In this document: one piece after another, positions 9,001 through 17,871 of the stretch
How the letters are laid out: every line of letters starts with the position of its first letter
How positions within the stretch are numbered: the stretch's first letter is position 1
DNA from: a virus
Lineage: Duplodnaviria; Caudoviricetes
Length of the DNA: 47,021 nt
IMG/VR virus record: IMGVR_UViG_3300037991_003683
Location: 1-47,021 of that record
Direction: 5' to 3' (one strand)
Translations under genes and position numbers: made by a program
The notes under the pieces: model-generated
The model's input: only the letters and a program-made list of their open reading frames with translations
Database searches by the model: none
What the model was told of the DNA's origin: nothing

Positions 9001-12000
9001 AGCTATAGCTTTAGCTCGTAATTGAGCATCGGTAATATTTTGAGTAGCACCATAAGCTATTATTAAACTTTTCTTAACATTGTCTAGTACTTGGTTATAT
9101 ATTTTACTACCAGTATCAAAGCCTAAATCTCTTCTAAACTTAGAATATTTTTGTTTTTTTGTTTTACTTTTCTTAGCTTGACCTTCAATAGATAAATCTT
9201 CTGTTTCAAAAGCTAATGTGGTTGGATCTATATCGGTATCTTCTATATCAAAAGTTGTTTCACCCTCTTTAGTTCTTTTAGCGGCATCTATTCTTAATGT
9301 TTTACCTTCTTTTTCACCTTCTATAGCTAAGTCTCTAGCAGCATCTAGTTTCGCAAATTGAGTATCAGACATTATACGCTCACCAATAGTTACAGCTTCT
9401 TTACTACCGGTTTTTCTTTTTGCCTGTGGATTATAACCCATTAATCTATCAGAAACCTTTTGTATTGTTTGTTTAGTTTTATCTTTACTCATACCAAGGC
9501 TTTTGATGTAGTTGTTTACAGCACCGCCAGCTTCAGTTATAGAATCAAATAACTCATTAAACTCGTCACTTGTTCTAAACTCATCTTGAGTATATTCTTT
9601 GTTTTCTGCTTTTAACCTGTTTTTTAATTTTTGCTCTATTTTATTTACCACTCCAACAGCCGCGGATCTTGAAAACTTTGCTTTTTTAGTTTCTTCTTCA
9701 GGACCTAAAATTAAAGTTTGGTTTCTAGTACTACGCTGAAAGCTATCAATATATCCAAGCACGTCTTTAGTGTTGTCAAGCTTAAAAAACATACTACCTT
9801 TTTTAAAATATTTCTTAGAAAGTTGATTAAACATTAGTTTAAAAGAAAGTAAAGCATCTCTAGAGTTTTCGCTTAATATGCCAGCGTTTTTAAGTTCACC
9901 AGCTATAGCTAAAAGCTCCATTAAATCTCCTTCGCTGTAACTAGCAAGTCTTTTCTTATAGGTGTTATAATCTTTTTCTTTTATTTTACCTTGCTTGTAA
10001 AGATTATCAACTTCTGTTTTAATACCTTCAACAGCTATTTTTGAAGATTCAATAACTTCATTGTCTTCAATTAAACCAGTCTTAATATCGTTTATGTGTT
10101 GTAGTTCATGAATAGGAGAATAAGCAGCTATAGACTTTTCAAAAGCAGTTTCAGCATTATTTATATTACGTATAATATTAGCTTCTACAACAATAGCTTC
10201 GTTACCTAAAAAACTAGCATTAGAACCTTCTCTAAAGCCTTTTAAGTACATGTTTTTTTGCTGTTTAGCGGTTACAATTGTTCCGTTTTTTAATTTTTTG
10301 TCTTTTATTTTACCAGACTTTATTGCTTTGTCTAAATACGCTTCTAAGTCAGTTAAATCAAGAGTTCCATCTTCATTTATCTTACCAAACTGTTGTACTT
10401 TACCTAATCCTTTAACAATATTAAGAGCACCTTGATACTTTCCAAAATAAAACTCTGTGTCTATTTTTGCTATATCTTCTTTTAAAGTGTCTTCAATAAT
10501 CTTTTTTCTTCTTTCACTAGGTTTGTTTCTTAAATCATCTCTTTTTGCGTTTATTTCTTTAATCTCATTAACAAGCTTTTCTTTTTTATTTTTTACATAT
10601 TTACTACCTGTCTTTTCATAAGCGCTAGTTGCACCTAGGTTTTGAATTTCTTTAAGCTTATCTCTTTTCTTTTGGTTAAGCTCAAACATTTGATTAACTT
10701 CAACAGCTGTCATGTTAGCAACTTCAGCCATAGTATAAGAGTCTACAAGAGCAGCTTCTCTTATTAATCTGTTATTATCAAACTCTAATTGGTTTCTTTG
10801 ATCGTTATCTAAAAGTGTAAATCCAGATTCTTGATCTGCTTGTAACGTTGCATTAATTTCAATTATTTGATCTCTTCTTGCTCTATTTTCTCTTATTTCA
10901 CTTTGAGTATTAATTTCACTTCTAATGGTGTTATATACGTTCATGCTTACAGAAGGACCCTGAATTGCAAGAGTTGAAAACATTACATTAGCACTAAAGT
11001 TTTTATCAATACCGTCTAATAAATTTTTGTTTTGACCTAAAACAGTCATATCAACCAAATTGTGACCAACTTGAGTAGCAAACTCTTCAAAATACTCAGT
11101 TCCAACACCTTTACCTACCTGCCATGAGGCTTTCATAGTGTTAGCAAAATTTAACCTACCATTAGTAGGAGATACTCTGTTTAAGTTTTTTAAAATACGC
11201 ATAGTACCCAAACGTTCAGCATACATCGCAATACCACCGTACATAACTGAAGAAAATGCTTTTTGTAATTCCGTAGCATCTAAAGCTCCTTGGTAATAAT
11301 CTATTTGATTTAGTATTTCAAGTTTTTCACCTTGAGTAACAGCAAGTGCTAAAGATTTTTGTAAATCTTTTATCATTTTAGGTGCATTTTTTTGATCAAT
11401 CTCCATGTGAGTATATTTTGCACCTGCTTCAAGTCCAAAAAAAGTACCACTTAAAATTTTAGTTGATCTTGCTACATTTGCACCTAATTTAATAGCCCCT
11501 CCATAAGTTAATGCAGAACCAATACTAAAAGCATTGTTTGCTAAAGCCTGCGAAGCCCATTGTCCAATGTTATCTAAACCAACATCGTCAAAGTCAATAT
11601 TTAAAGGAAGAGAAACTTGCTTGTACTCTCTTAAACTTTCGTTATAATCAATAACAGCCGCATGTTGTTTTTTAGCAAAATTAGAAAATATATCTTGATT
11701 ACCAGTAATTCTGTCTAAAACCCAAGCAAAAGCCTTAGAGGTACCAGATAAAAGAGATGTCATTTCAGCAATACCAGTTTCGAAACTTAAACTAGTTCTG
11801 TTTGCCCACCCATAATCTAAAGCCAATGCTTTTGATATAGTAGTAATATCACTTACCTTATCAAAATTATCTACAAGTTTATCAAAATTAGATTGTAAAA
11901 TTTCTGCTGATTTAGATATTTCTTTTATGTTGATGTTTTTTGATAATAATTCACTTCTATATTCAGCTGATAAATTATCACCTTGCTGTATTAAGTTGTT

Positions 12001-13068
12001 GTATTCTTGTATTTTTTCTTTAGAAGAATACTCATCAACTTCTCCAAGCGCATCAATAGAAGATTTTATTCTAGAAAACAAACCTTCATACCTGCTGTTT
12101 ATATTAATGTAATCATTGTACTTTTCTTCCCAGTCTCTTGATTTTTGCTCGTACTCCGAAAACTTTGTGTTAAAGTATTTTTCTAAAACTTTTTCAGCTT
12201 TACTACCTTGCTGTTTTATTTTCATGGCAGCATAATTTGTACCTGTAAAACCTTTAGCTCTTAAATCTTTTACCGCGGCTTGTGCTTTTCTATCAGCTTC
12301 TAAAGCCTCTGTATACATCTGTAAGTAATCTCCATCTTCTGGGTCAAAAATATTAAATACACCTTCTTGCGCTGATCTTCTACTTTCCGCAACCATTTCT
12401 TTATCTCCAGTAAAAAAATCACCTACATCAAGTCTACTAGTGTATTGTTCAATTTCTTCTTGTCTAGTTGAACGAATAGCTTCTTTAACAACACTTTCTT
12501 CTACTAAATTTGAATCAAAAACTTCAGTTTCTTTATAACGTAAATATTCTTTGTATTTTTTATCTCCAAAAAAACTTTTTAAATCTTCTTCTTCTGATTT
12601 GGCATATCTAAATCCACCTCCAGCTAAAATACCAGCTTCGCTTTTAACCATTTTTCTTGATCTATTAAAACTTTCTAAATTAAAATACTTTTCAGCTAAT
12701 TTGTTTTTAACTTTAAAATGGTTTCTTGTTACACCATTAGAAATAGCAAGTAAAGTTGCATTAAGTTCTTCAGATGTATTTGGTAAATCCAAAGTGCCAA
12801 CGTCCAAGCCTGACTCCGTAACGACTGGCTCTACGCCTGGAGTCGCATCCGCAGAGCCTTTTGTTTTTCCCAATAAGTTAGTTGTCCACTCTTCTTGATT
12901 AGAAGCTTTTAAACTGTAATTTTCTTTTAAATAATTATATACATTAGTTTGTATATTTTGATCTTGAATAAAACTATTTTTCCACTCTTCAAAATCTTTT
13001 GCTTTAAGATTAAGGTTAGAATCTTTGTTTAGTGTATTCCAAATATTATTTAATATTTCTTCGTTCAT
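3061..13068 (-). CDS. giant virion ejection / polyvalent protein (zincin HExxH, HAD phosphatase, other modules)
   Basis: 3335 aa, last of three internal-protein-type genes after the tail module. HELQH at aa ~987 with a downstream E. HAD motifs DFDDT / ILTAR / K / FADD at aa ~2465-2615. Hydrophobic helices near both ends. Confidence 0.75.
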   Translation of the reverse strand: MNEEILNNIWNTLNKDSNLNLKAKDFEEWKNSFIQDQNIQTNVYNYLKENYSLKASNQEEWTTNLLGKTKGSADATPGVEPVVTESGLDVGTLDLPNTSEELNATLLAISNGVTRNHFKVKNKLAEKYFNLESFNRSRKMVKSEAGILAGGGFRYAKSEEEDLKSFFGDKKYKEYLRYKETEVFDSNLVEESVVKEAIRSTRQEEIEQYTSRLDVGDFFTGDKEMVAESRRSAQEGVFNIFDPEDGDYLQMYTEALEADRKAQAAVKDLRAKGFTGTNYAAMKIKQQGSKAEKVLEKYFNTKFSEYEQKSRDWEEKYNDYININSRYEGLFSRIKSSIDALGEVDEYSSKEKIQEYNNLIQQGDNLSAEYRSELLSKNINIKEISKSAEILQSNFDKLVDNFDKVSDITTISKALALDYGWANRTSLSFETGIAEMTSLLSGTSKAFAWVLDRITGNQDIFSNFAKKQHAAVIDYNESLREYKQVSLPLNIDFDDVGLDNIGQWASQALANNAFSIGSALTYGGAIKLGANVARSTKILSGTFFGLEAGAKYTHMEIDQKNAPKMIKDLQKSLALAVTQGEKLEILNQIDYYQGALDATELQKAFSSVMYGGIAMYAERLGTMRILKNLNRVSPTNGRLNFANTMKASWQVGKGVGTEYFEEFATQVGHNLVDMTVLGQNKNLLDGIDKNFSANVMFSTLAIQGPSVSMNVYNTIRSEINTQSEIRENRARRDQIIEINATLQADQESGFTLLDNDQRNQLEFDNNRLIREAALVDSYTMAEVANMTAVEVNQMFELNQKKRDKLKEIQNLGATSAYEKTGSKYVKNKKEKLVNEIKEINAKRDDLRNKPSERRKKIIEDTLKEDIAKIDTEFYFGKYQGALNIVKGLGKVQQFGKINEDGTLDLTDLEAYLDKAIKSGKIKDKKLKNGTIVTAKQQKNMYLKGFREGSNASFLGNEAIVVEANIIRNINNAETAFEKSIAAYSPIHELQHINDIKTGLIEDNEVIESSKIAVEGIKTEVDNLYKQGKIKEKDYNTYKKRLASYSEGDLMELLAIAGELKNAGILSENSRDALLSFKLMFNQLSKKYFKKGSMFFKLDNTKDVLGYIDSFQRSTRNQTLILGPEEETKKAKFSRSAAVGVVNKIEQKLKNRLKAENKEYTQDEFRTSDEFNELFDSITEAGGAVNNYIKSLGMSKDKTKQTIQKVSDRLMGYNPQAKRKTGSKEAVTIGERIMSDTQFAKLDAARDLAIEGEKEGKTLRIDAAKRTKEGETTFDIEDTDIDPTTLAFETEDLSIEGQAKKSKTKKQKYSKFRRDLGFDTGSKIYNQVLDNVKKSLIIAYGATQNITDAQLRAKAIATKMKKEYSNLNSPLFKQIKNFITYGVSEAKVARGTKDIYISQLKKYREVIFENISTADLVQMEKKIPEVDRIFTKFVATLTSKDQVQDAVNKQQLPPDALNKITRDKKTGKGAYSVNLYQKIMPTETELVSFADQPGINPVTGARQGLKGTRKDGIVMRMVNSLVTDAIMEAEQSIEVQDRIANMNASSLSAAELGAAIGREVGVKFSKTTADVDILDAMNGIGDVNVYSQIKFSKAHRDQYEKQLTKRRPDLTEEQRKNAVQSVFDFIDGKDIPNNKKSKYEKLAMHYMANGYLILPEDGYKVIEAERIAALKKLDPFSFKNPNVLIETYVDQVKAVRTNPDNVKTFTNKTEYTNGVVVYDVEDSKQGQLDTRKVIDTHFGKKANPWCLCARIAPTRVKLGDEHNTLKEAQKEANKWIKGNNQYTDIKAITDGEGRFFVTGMTPGESLKKSFNLWKSYNKKGNGHQIAFQNGKLISFRDGNQMQWWDRMDNPTAAPIVKGKKAKDGFRPVVQAQLKKPGVEPKILKYEKVVGNSKTGSVIVKNIDGVIISETNTKNGKLHGRQFELTEAPSIDISVTSIYENGDRLSDKETRVYKDKKEVVKNTFGEDAIHLDNITSYERTNTYKDYISDLGKETIKVEGTVNQRFFKEFNDPSLAKGFTKTNLEFLTPAYERYYDLQGQKVAIEITLNASLASSIEDIRSGKLQTLKINGEQQDLSIKFSNGFINYNLLANNNKWTTLMDGKRDQVRKSRIAVRDIINSLPEESLEKDFFEIFLDNIQYGLTFSDIVNNTWAATSYMRSGNNILGILSDGVFTKDHLSNILGQIKIITEVKIKQIAFNNAVKELQEDVKKATTDSKKVNIIKDWLINNSKSLRTAKVKYEGKTITTNEQVFKLIIKPLNVKGFSFRELDKGTKITYNNEDLDTYIQIIEIKQNPASFIETSKQEAEQAKKWFLNILKSKLNPEVKMARLTLGSVDMVGPVRKIAPLIGYIKNYKGKTTLEHREPVNKLLKAANKYVNNPTDKNLSQVEKIIDNSKTVLLPNDIVEVINKKHKTTGDLNTIMGLAEVKEIISKKGYEFVGIPFSKSTQFDNLNNSINFSRSTNNEVKGITVLDFDDTLATSKSLIRFTRPDGTTGTLNAEQYASTYESLTELGYEFDFSEFTKVVEGKTAPLFNKALKLQSKFGPENMFILTARPAESAPAIFEFLKANGLNIPLKNITGLANSTAEAKANWIAGKVAEGYNDFYFADDAIQNVKAVDNMLEQFDVKRKVQQAKINFSKGMNDQFNNILEDVTGIEAIKRFSAIKARKRGASKGKFRFFIPPSHEDFVGLLYNFMGTGRQGDKHRDFFEKALVRPLNRAYREIDTAKQAIANDYKQLNKQLKEVKDKLNKKTPDGDFIFEDAIRVYLWNKHGYNIPGLSETDQANLVELVMNDSELRDYAETINTISKQDKYVEPGQGWEGGNIKTDLIDATGRVGRAEYFTEFNENADVLFSEENLNKIEAGYGADFRSALEDILHRIKTGVNRPKGQTGTVNKLMNYLNGSVGAVMFFNTRSAILQQMSIVNYINFADNNIFAAAKAFANQKQYWADFAFIFNSDMLKQRRGGIGTDINGADLAQAVQGSKNPTKVIIGKLLKLGFLPTQIGDNIAIATGGATYYRNRVNKYVKDGLKQKEAEAKAFTDFQDLTQSTQQSSRPDMTSQQQASWIGKLVLNFQNITSQYNRIIKKAALDIGKGRISPPYTTKTQSNLGNLSKILYYGAIQNVIFYSLQTALFAVMFDEDEDEDQVLKKRERVIQGTIDSILRGSGIYGAVLSTLKNAVIKWKEQREPNYNKDESAVLMELLNFSPVVGIKARKLVNAEKTINYNENVIREMETFDADNPQWSAVTNYTEALTNFPANRLYQKSINMRNALDKDYTMFQRIMFFSGYTTWSLGLGDNEAVIEAKEKIRINKANTKKRKKQRRQTKEEVRRKSLLKSRR

Positions 13069-13082
13069 ATTTGTATTTTATT

Positions 13083-14630
13083 TTAACCTAAATTATTTTC
13101 AGATCTACCATACATTTGGTCTAAAAACTGTTCTTTTGTCCATGTTTGTGTTTCTTCAGAAAAACCACCTTCACCATCGTTTAATGTTTCATCGTATTTT
13201 TTTATCACTTTATTTTTACCTTCACCACTACCGTAAATACCTGTGATAACACCTTGTTTATCCATTCTATATCTATTTCCAAAATAATCAAAGAAAACAC
13301 CACCAGGAACCATTCTTTCAACTTGTTTATCTACATCTAAAGTTTGATTTTTAAAGTAACCTATATCTCTATACGTTCCCCGTGATACGTCCCAAACACC
13401 TCTTGCGCCACCAACCTTAGTAGCTCTTTGTTCTTCTTCTTTAGTTTCATATTGTTCTGGGAATTCTAATTTGTTGTAATATGAATATCTATTATCATAT
13501 TTTTGTTGTGCAAAATTTGTAAAATAACCTGCTAATAAATCTCTAGATCTTTCTAAGCTAAAGTTTTCGTTATCTACATCTGTTAAAACATCAATCATTT
13601 GCTTGTAGTTATTTTCAAAAACTTCTCTATCCGCGTCTGAAAGACCTTCTATATCTTTACTGTTTATTACACCATCTTTAAATTTATCCATGTTTTCAAA
13701 CATGTCTTTAAACGTTACGTCCATTGTATCAATAGCAATGTTCATGTCATCTAGCAAGTTATTTCTAAAAGATTTTTGATGTACATTTTGTAATCTTCTA
13801 AAAGCTAAGTTTGTAAAATCTTCTTTTGTTTGTACTTGATTAGAAAATATATTGTAAAATTCTTGCTCATCAAAATTTTTTTGGTTTTGTCTACCGTGCT
13901 CTTTAGCCTGCTCACCAGCAGAACTTATTGTTTTAAGTATAACAGCGTCAGCTTTTAAGTCAGTTTGTGGTATATTTTTTCTTAACTGCTCCATGTTATA
14001 ACTAACATCACCAGTAGGTAGATCGCCATCCATTAAATGATTAATTACTCTAAATGTTAGTTTATCATCAACAAAAGAAACAGATACATTATCATCTTTA
14101 TCTATATTATCCACGTTGAACATTCTTTTCATAGCTATTATATCTCCTTTTATAGCTCCATTGTTCCACATTTTAGTGTCTTGACCTAATAAACCAAGTG
14201 TTGATCTAACTTCTATAGCTTGGTTTATAACTCTTTTAAGTTCACCACTTATTCTCATTCTAGCTCTTTCGTTTTCAACCGTATCTCTTTTACCATAAGT
14301 GTTTACAGCTTCAAACTCATCTTGCAATTCTCTAACCTTTGCATCTACAGCATTAACAATTTCTTGTGGCATAGTCTGTTCTTGTTCAAAAAGCAACTTA
14401 TAGTTTTTATTCATTATATCTTTAAAACTATCTAATTGTTTTTCTCTACCAATACTAATTTTTTCTTCTTTTTCTTTAAAACCTTTAACAGCATCTTCTA
14501 CAATACCTAAATAAGCTTTTGTACTTTCAACATTGCTTTCATATAAAGGTTTTAGGTTTGGAACTTGAGTTCCAGCTCTACTCATTGACTCTTGAAGAGA
14601 CGCTTTTACTAAAGTACTATCTGCTGCCAT
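13083..14630 (-). CDS. putative internal virion (ejection) protein
   Basis: 515-aa helical, charged protein between the small and giant ejection-type genes (T7 gp14/15/16-like synteny; inference). Confidence 0.55.
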   Translation of the reverse strand: MAADSTLVKASLQESMSRAGTQVPNLKPLYESNVESTKAYLGIVEDAVKGFKEKEEKISIGREKQLDSFKDIMNKNYKLLFEQEQTMPQEIVNAVDAKVRELQDEFEAVNTYGKRDTVENERARMRISGELKRVINQAIEVRSTLGLLGQDTKMWNNGAIKGDIIAMKRMFNVDNIDKDDNVSVSFVDDKLTFRVINHLMDGDLPTGDVSYNMEQLRKNIPQTDLKADAVILKTISSAGEQAKEHGRQNQKNFDEQEFYNIFSNQVQTKEDFTNLAFRRLQNVHQKSFRNNLLDDMNIAIDTMDVTFKDMFENMDKFKDGVINSKDIEGLSDADREVFENNYKQMIDVLTDVDNENFSLERSRDLLAGYFTNFAQQKYDNRYSYYNKLEFPEQYETKEEEQRATKVGGARGVWDVSRGTYRDIGYFKNQTLDVDKQVERMVPGGVFFDYFGNRYRMDKQGVITGIYGSGEGKNKVIKKYDETLNDGEGGFSEETQTWTKEQFLDQMYGRSENNLG

Positions 14631-14638
14631 ATTATTTT

Positions 14639-15364
14639 TTATTTATTTTTATCTTCATCTTCAATTCCAAAAAAATCTATCTCACCAGCTGCAGTGCCAA
14701 TGCTTTTTAATAAACCTGCTGTAGCATTGTTTTGAGCTATTTGAGCGTTCATTTGATTAGCTAACGCTTGTTGTTCAGCTACATTAGCACCAGTAGCTTG
14801 TCCCATCTGCATGCCGAGTAAAGTTGCTTGTCTATCCATTTCAGCTTGTTGAACAAACTGTTGACCTTGCCTTTCGTATGTTTGAACAGCCATAGCGCCT
14901 TTAGCGGCTGCTATTTGATTTGCTTGCTCTTGCTTGCCAATTGAAGCTGATATTCTTTGTGTTTGTAATTGACCTTGATTTGCTAACGCTTGTGCTAAAC
15001 CAGCTATACCAGTACTACCAGCTGCTCCCCTTAAGTTTTGTAGTATATTAGCTCTTTGCCTTTCGCCTTGTTCTGCTTCAAATTGAGCTTGCTGTTGATT
15101 TACTGTTAAGTCTTCAAAAACGTTTTCCATGTTAGCAAAAGGATTTGTAAACTCCATACGTCTATATGCTGCTTTTTCTACATCTAAAGCCGCTTGCTGT
15201 TCTTTACGTCTTTCTTCAGCTTTTTTCACAGCTTCTTCAGCTTCTGTTCGATTTTGAGCGGAGTTTATTAAGCTAACACCAGCCGAAACAGTACCAACTA
15301 CTATTGCGCCCCAAGTTCTATCCATATGATTGTTTGGTGACATTACACCTGTTAAATTTATCAT
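14639..15364 (-). CDS. putative small ejection/pilot protein
   Basis: 241 aa, Q/A-rich coiled coil with a Gly-rich hydrophobic N-terminus (WGAIVVGTVSAGVSLI). Confidence 0.6.
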   Translation of the reverse strand: MINLTGVMSPNNHMDRTWGAIVVGTVSAGVSLINSAQNRTEAEEAVKKAEERRKEQQAALDVEKAAYRRMEFTNPFANMENVFEDLTVNQQQAQFEAEQGERQRANILQNLRGAAGSTGIAGLAQALANQGQLQTQRISASIGKQEQANQIAAAKGAMAVQTYERQGQQFVQQAEMDRQATLLGMQMGQATGANVAEQQALANQMNAQIAQNNATAGLLKSIGTAAGEIDFFGIEDEDKNK

Positions 15365-15858
15365 AATTTATTTTCTTTTAAATATTCTTCATACTGATTC
15401 CAATCAAAAACTACGTTTATTTTAGCTAGTTCATCTAAATCTTGAGTATTAGTTGGATTAGCATGTACTGTAACTATTTTACAATCTTCAACCGCATATA
15501 CTATTCTTTTTGCCCCTTGTGGTGATATTATATAACATGGAGCTATAAACTCTTCAACACCTTCCTCTCTTGAAGATGCTAGTATACCTGATAATAAAAA
15601 AAATCCATAACTATGCTTGTGTATCGCTGAAAAACCTAACTGCCCTTTTTTCATATTCATTTCTCTTAAATACACGCCGTCAGCAAAAGAGTGCTTGTAT
15701 TTCCACAAGTGTTCTGGATATATTATTTCTTTACCAGTACCTATAACATTTTCACCATCCGCAATGCTAACAAAATAATCTTCAATTTGTTTTACTTTTT
15801 CTTTATACGATTTTGCAGGTGTGTTGTCGAATATTTTTTGTAATTCGTTTTTAGACAT
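15361..15858 (-). CDS. cupin-fold protein
   Basis: HSFADGVYLREMNMKKG...IHKHSYGFFLLSG...PCYIISPQGAKRIVYAVEDCKIVTVH follows the pattern of phage cupins. Confidence 0.7.
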   Translation of the reverse strand: MSKNELQKIFDNTPAKSYKEKVKQIEDYFVSIADGENVIGTGKEIIYPEHLWKYKHSFADGVYLREMNMKKGQLGFSAIHKHSYGFFLLSGILASSREEGVEEFIAPCYIISPQGAKRIVYAVEDCKIVTVHANPTNTQDLDELAKINVVFDWNQYEEYLKENKL

Positions 15859-15881
15859 AATTTAATTTAATTTATATCTAT

Positions 15882-15910
15882 AATAGTCACAGTTTTGCTT
15901 GTTTTTTTAC
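15882..15910 (-). promoter_or_regulatory. putative late promoter GTAAA-N15-GTGACTATT
   Basis: Intergenic, upstream of the cupin and ejection genes, with the same 15-bp spacer. Confidence 0.6.
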
Positions 15911-15912
15911 TA

Positions 15913-17487
15913 CTAAGCTGATGTAGAAAGTAAATTTTCAACATCAATTCTTATTGTTTGATCTGCTGTTCCAGCTTTTATAATTTCTATATTACCAGTT
16001 ATGGTAGCTATTCTACCAGTATTTTCTATAGTTAAAGTTATTCCACTTTCTAACGTTTGAGCAGCGTCAACCGTAAAGTTTCCAGCACCATCAGCACCTC
16101 CACCAGCTGTTATAAGTGGATTTTGTACAGATGAATCAACACCTATACCACTTAACCTAGAAACATTGTTTATAACACCCTCTCTGTCTGCAACACCTAT
16201 AGTCGCACTAGCACTAACAGCTCCAGATGTAGTTGTAGTTGGGGACGTTAATGTTACAGCTAAGTCAGTGAATCTAACATCCCAGTCAAAAACTCTAAGT
16301 ATCTCACTTTCACCGTAACCACCAACTCTTAAGGTGTCTCCACCTAAAGCAAGAACTTGTTGTTTGTCAAAGATAACTTGACCTTCTTGAACTGTAACTA
16401 AACCTTTTACCACTGTTGGTTTTTTACCTAAAGTGCTTAGCGCAGATCTTCTGTTTCTTACGAACTTTCTTTCTCGCTTTGTGCCTTCAAATAAAGTTAA
16501 AGTATCTTCATAATCACCTATAGAAGTGTCTGCTGTAACGTTCAAACCGTCAGGCACAACTATCATACCTTTTTTAAGTAAATGTGCAAAATTAGTAATA
16601 GGCCAACTATAATTCATTCTATTGCTAAAACTTAAAGTTACGCCGCTACTTATGCTAACGTTTTGCGAGGCTCTAAACTGCTTTGCAGTTCCAACTGTTA
16701 TATTTAAAACAGTTACAACGTCACTACTACTTATACCAGTCCCAGTAACCCTATCTCCTTCCTTCATTTTATCAGCAACGTCTGAAGTCATTGTTACTAA
16801 ATCAGTGCTACTCATTGTAGCGTTAGTGGTATCAGTATTATTAACTGTTGGGTATATATTTTCGTTTGGCAAGTTTATTGGTTGTGTTCCAACCACGGGC
16901 TGAACAAAGGCTATAAAATCATCTGATGTAGGCTGCCTTAAAACTCTATACGCAGCTGTTGCTCCAGCCGTATATGTGAAAGAAAAAGCAGTTTTAACTT
17001 TAGCTTTTCCTCTGTTTATAGATACAGTGTCTGTGCCTGCTGTACCAGATACAGTACTATTAGGTGAATAACCTGTTAATGTTAATGTTAAAGCCGCGTA
17101 TTGATATATAACCTTTTGCATTACTAAAGAATTAGAACCTATAGAATTGTTTATATCTAAAGTACCATCGCCAAATCTAGCTTCTTGATATCTAGTGTGT
17201 ATGGTATCGTTTATTGCATAAAGATATATATCATACTGATCATCAGAACCTGTTACAGCTGGAAAGGTTATACTACCATCGTAACGACCGTTAAAAGTTG
17301 CATCCTCTAAAAAACTTTGTCTTGATGAAAAGGTTTTTTTAACAAAATTATAGTAATAACCAGTTGTGTTATCTTTAACTTCTAATCTAAATTCAGCCAA
17401 ACCGTTGCCAAATATAGTAAAATCTCTACGTTCGCTAACAGCTGGTAAATCAGATAAGTTTATATTAAATTCTTGTATTATCGCCAT
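15913..17487 (-). CDS. tail-associated structural protein (fibre/appendage-like)
   Basis: 524 aa, Thr/Gly/Ser-rich beta composition, two similar small beta modules (..VTGTGI..SGVTLSF and ..LSGIGV..SGITLTI), located in the tail cluster. Confidence 0.55.
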   Translation of the reverse strand: MAIIQEFNINLSDLPAVSERRDFTIFGNGLAEFRLEVKDNTTGYYYNFVKKTFSSRQSFLEDATFNGRYDGSITFPAVTGSDDQYDIYLYAINDTIHTRYQEARFGDGTLDINNSIGSNSLVMQKVIYQYAALTLTLTGYSPNSTVSGTAGTDTVSINRGKAKVKTAFSFTYTAGATAAYRVLRQPTSDDFIAFVQPVVGTQPINLPNENIYPTVNNTDTTNATMSSTDLVTMTSDVADKMKEGDRVTGTGISSSDVVTVLNITVGTAKQFRASQNVSISSGVTLSFSNRMNYSWPITNFAHLLKKGMIVVPDGLNVTADTSIGDYEDTLTLFEGTKRERKFVRNRRSALSTLGKKPTVVKGLVTVQEGQVIFDKQQVLALGGDTLRVGGYGESEILRVFDWDVRFTDLAVTLTSPTTTTSGAVSASATIGVADREGVINNVSRLSGIGVDSSVQNPLITAGGGADGAGNFTVDAAQTLESGITLTIENTGRIATITGNIEIIKAGTADQTIRIDVENLLSTSA

Positions 17488-17488
17488 T

Positions 17489-17869
17489 TTATTTACTATT
17501 TTCAGTTACAACACTTGCAGTTGACCACAGTTTAGCTTCATAAGGAGAATCATTTACAAAGTTTACTGAAGCATAATATCCTAATAAATCATTGTTATTA
17601 ACAACTCTATTTTTTGAAAATGATATATATTCTCCTCCAGTTGGTTGATTATATGGAAGAGCATTTCCTATAGAGTCTACGTATACACTGTAAACCTCTA
17701 TTTCTGTAGAAGACAATATATTTAAAACCTCACCCACATGTATTGGTGTAGAGTTTAAGTTTTGATCAAAACCACCAAGCGAAGATGTATTTGTCATATA
17801 AACTTGATCTCCTATTTGTAAAGAACTATTTATATCATAGTCAAAGGTTAATGTTTGTACGTATGCCAT
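17489..17869 (-). CDS. small tail structural protein
   Basis: 126 aa directly after the nozzle gene (INSSLQIGD...LLGYYASVNFVN). Confidence 0.55.
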   Translation of the reverse strand: MAYVQTLTFDYDINSSLQIGDQVYMTNTSSLGGFDQNLNSTPIHVGEVLNILSSTEIEVYSVYVDSIGNALPYNQPTGGEYISFSKNRVVNNNDLLGYYASVNFVNDSPYEAKLWSTASVVTENSK

Positions 17870-17871
17870 AT

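Noticed and set aside
3061-13068. crAss-like or N4-like virion RNA polymerase
   Set aside because: No DxDxD (DFDID/DFDGD) catalytic motif was seen. DFDDT belongs to a HAD context, and IDFDDVG lacks the third Asp spacing.
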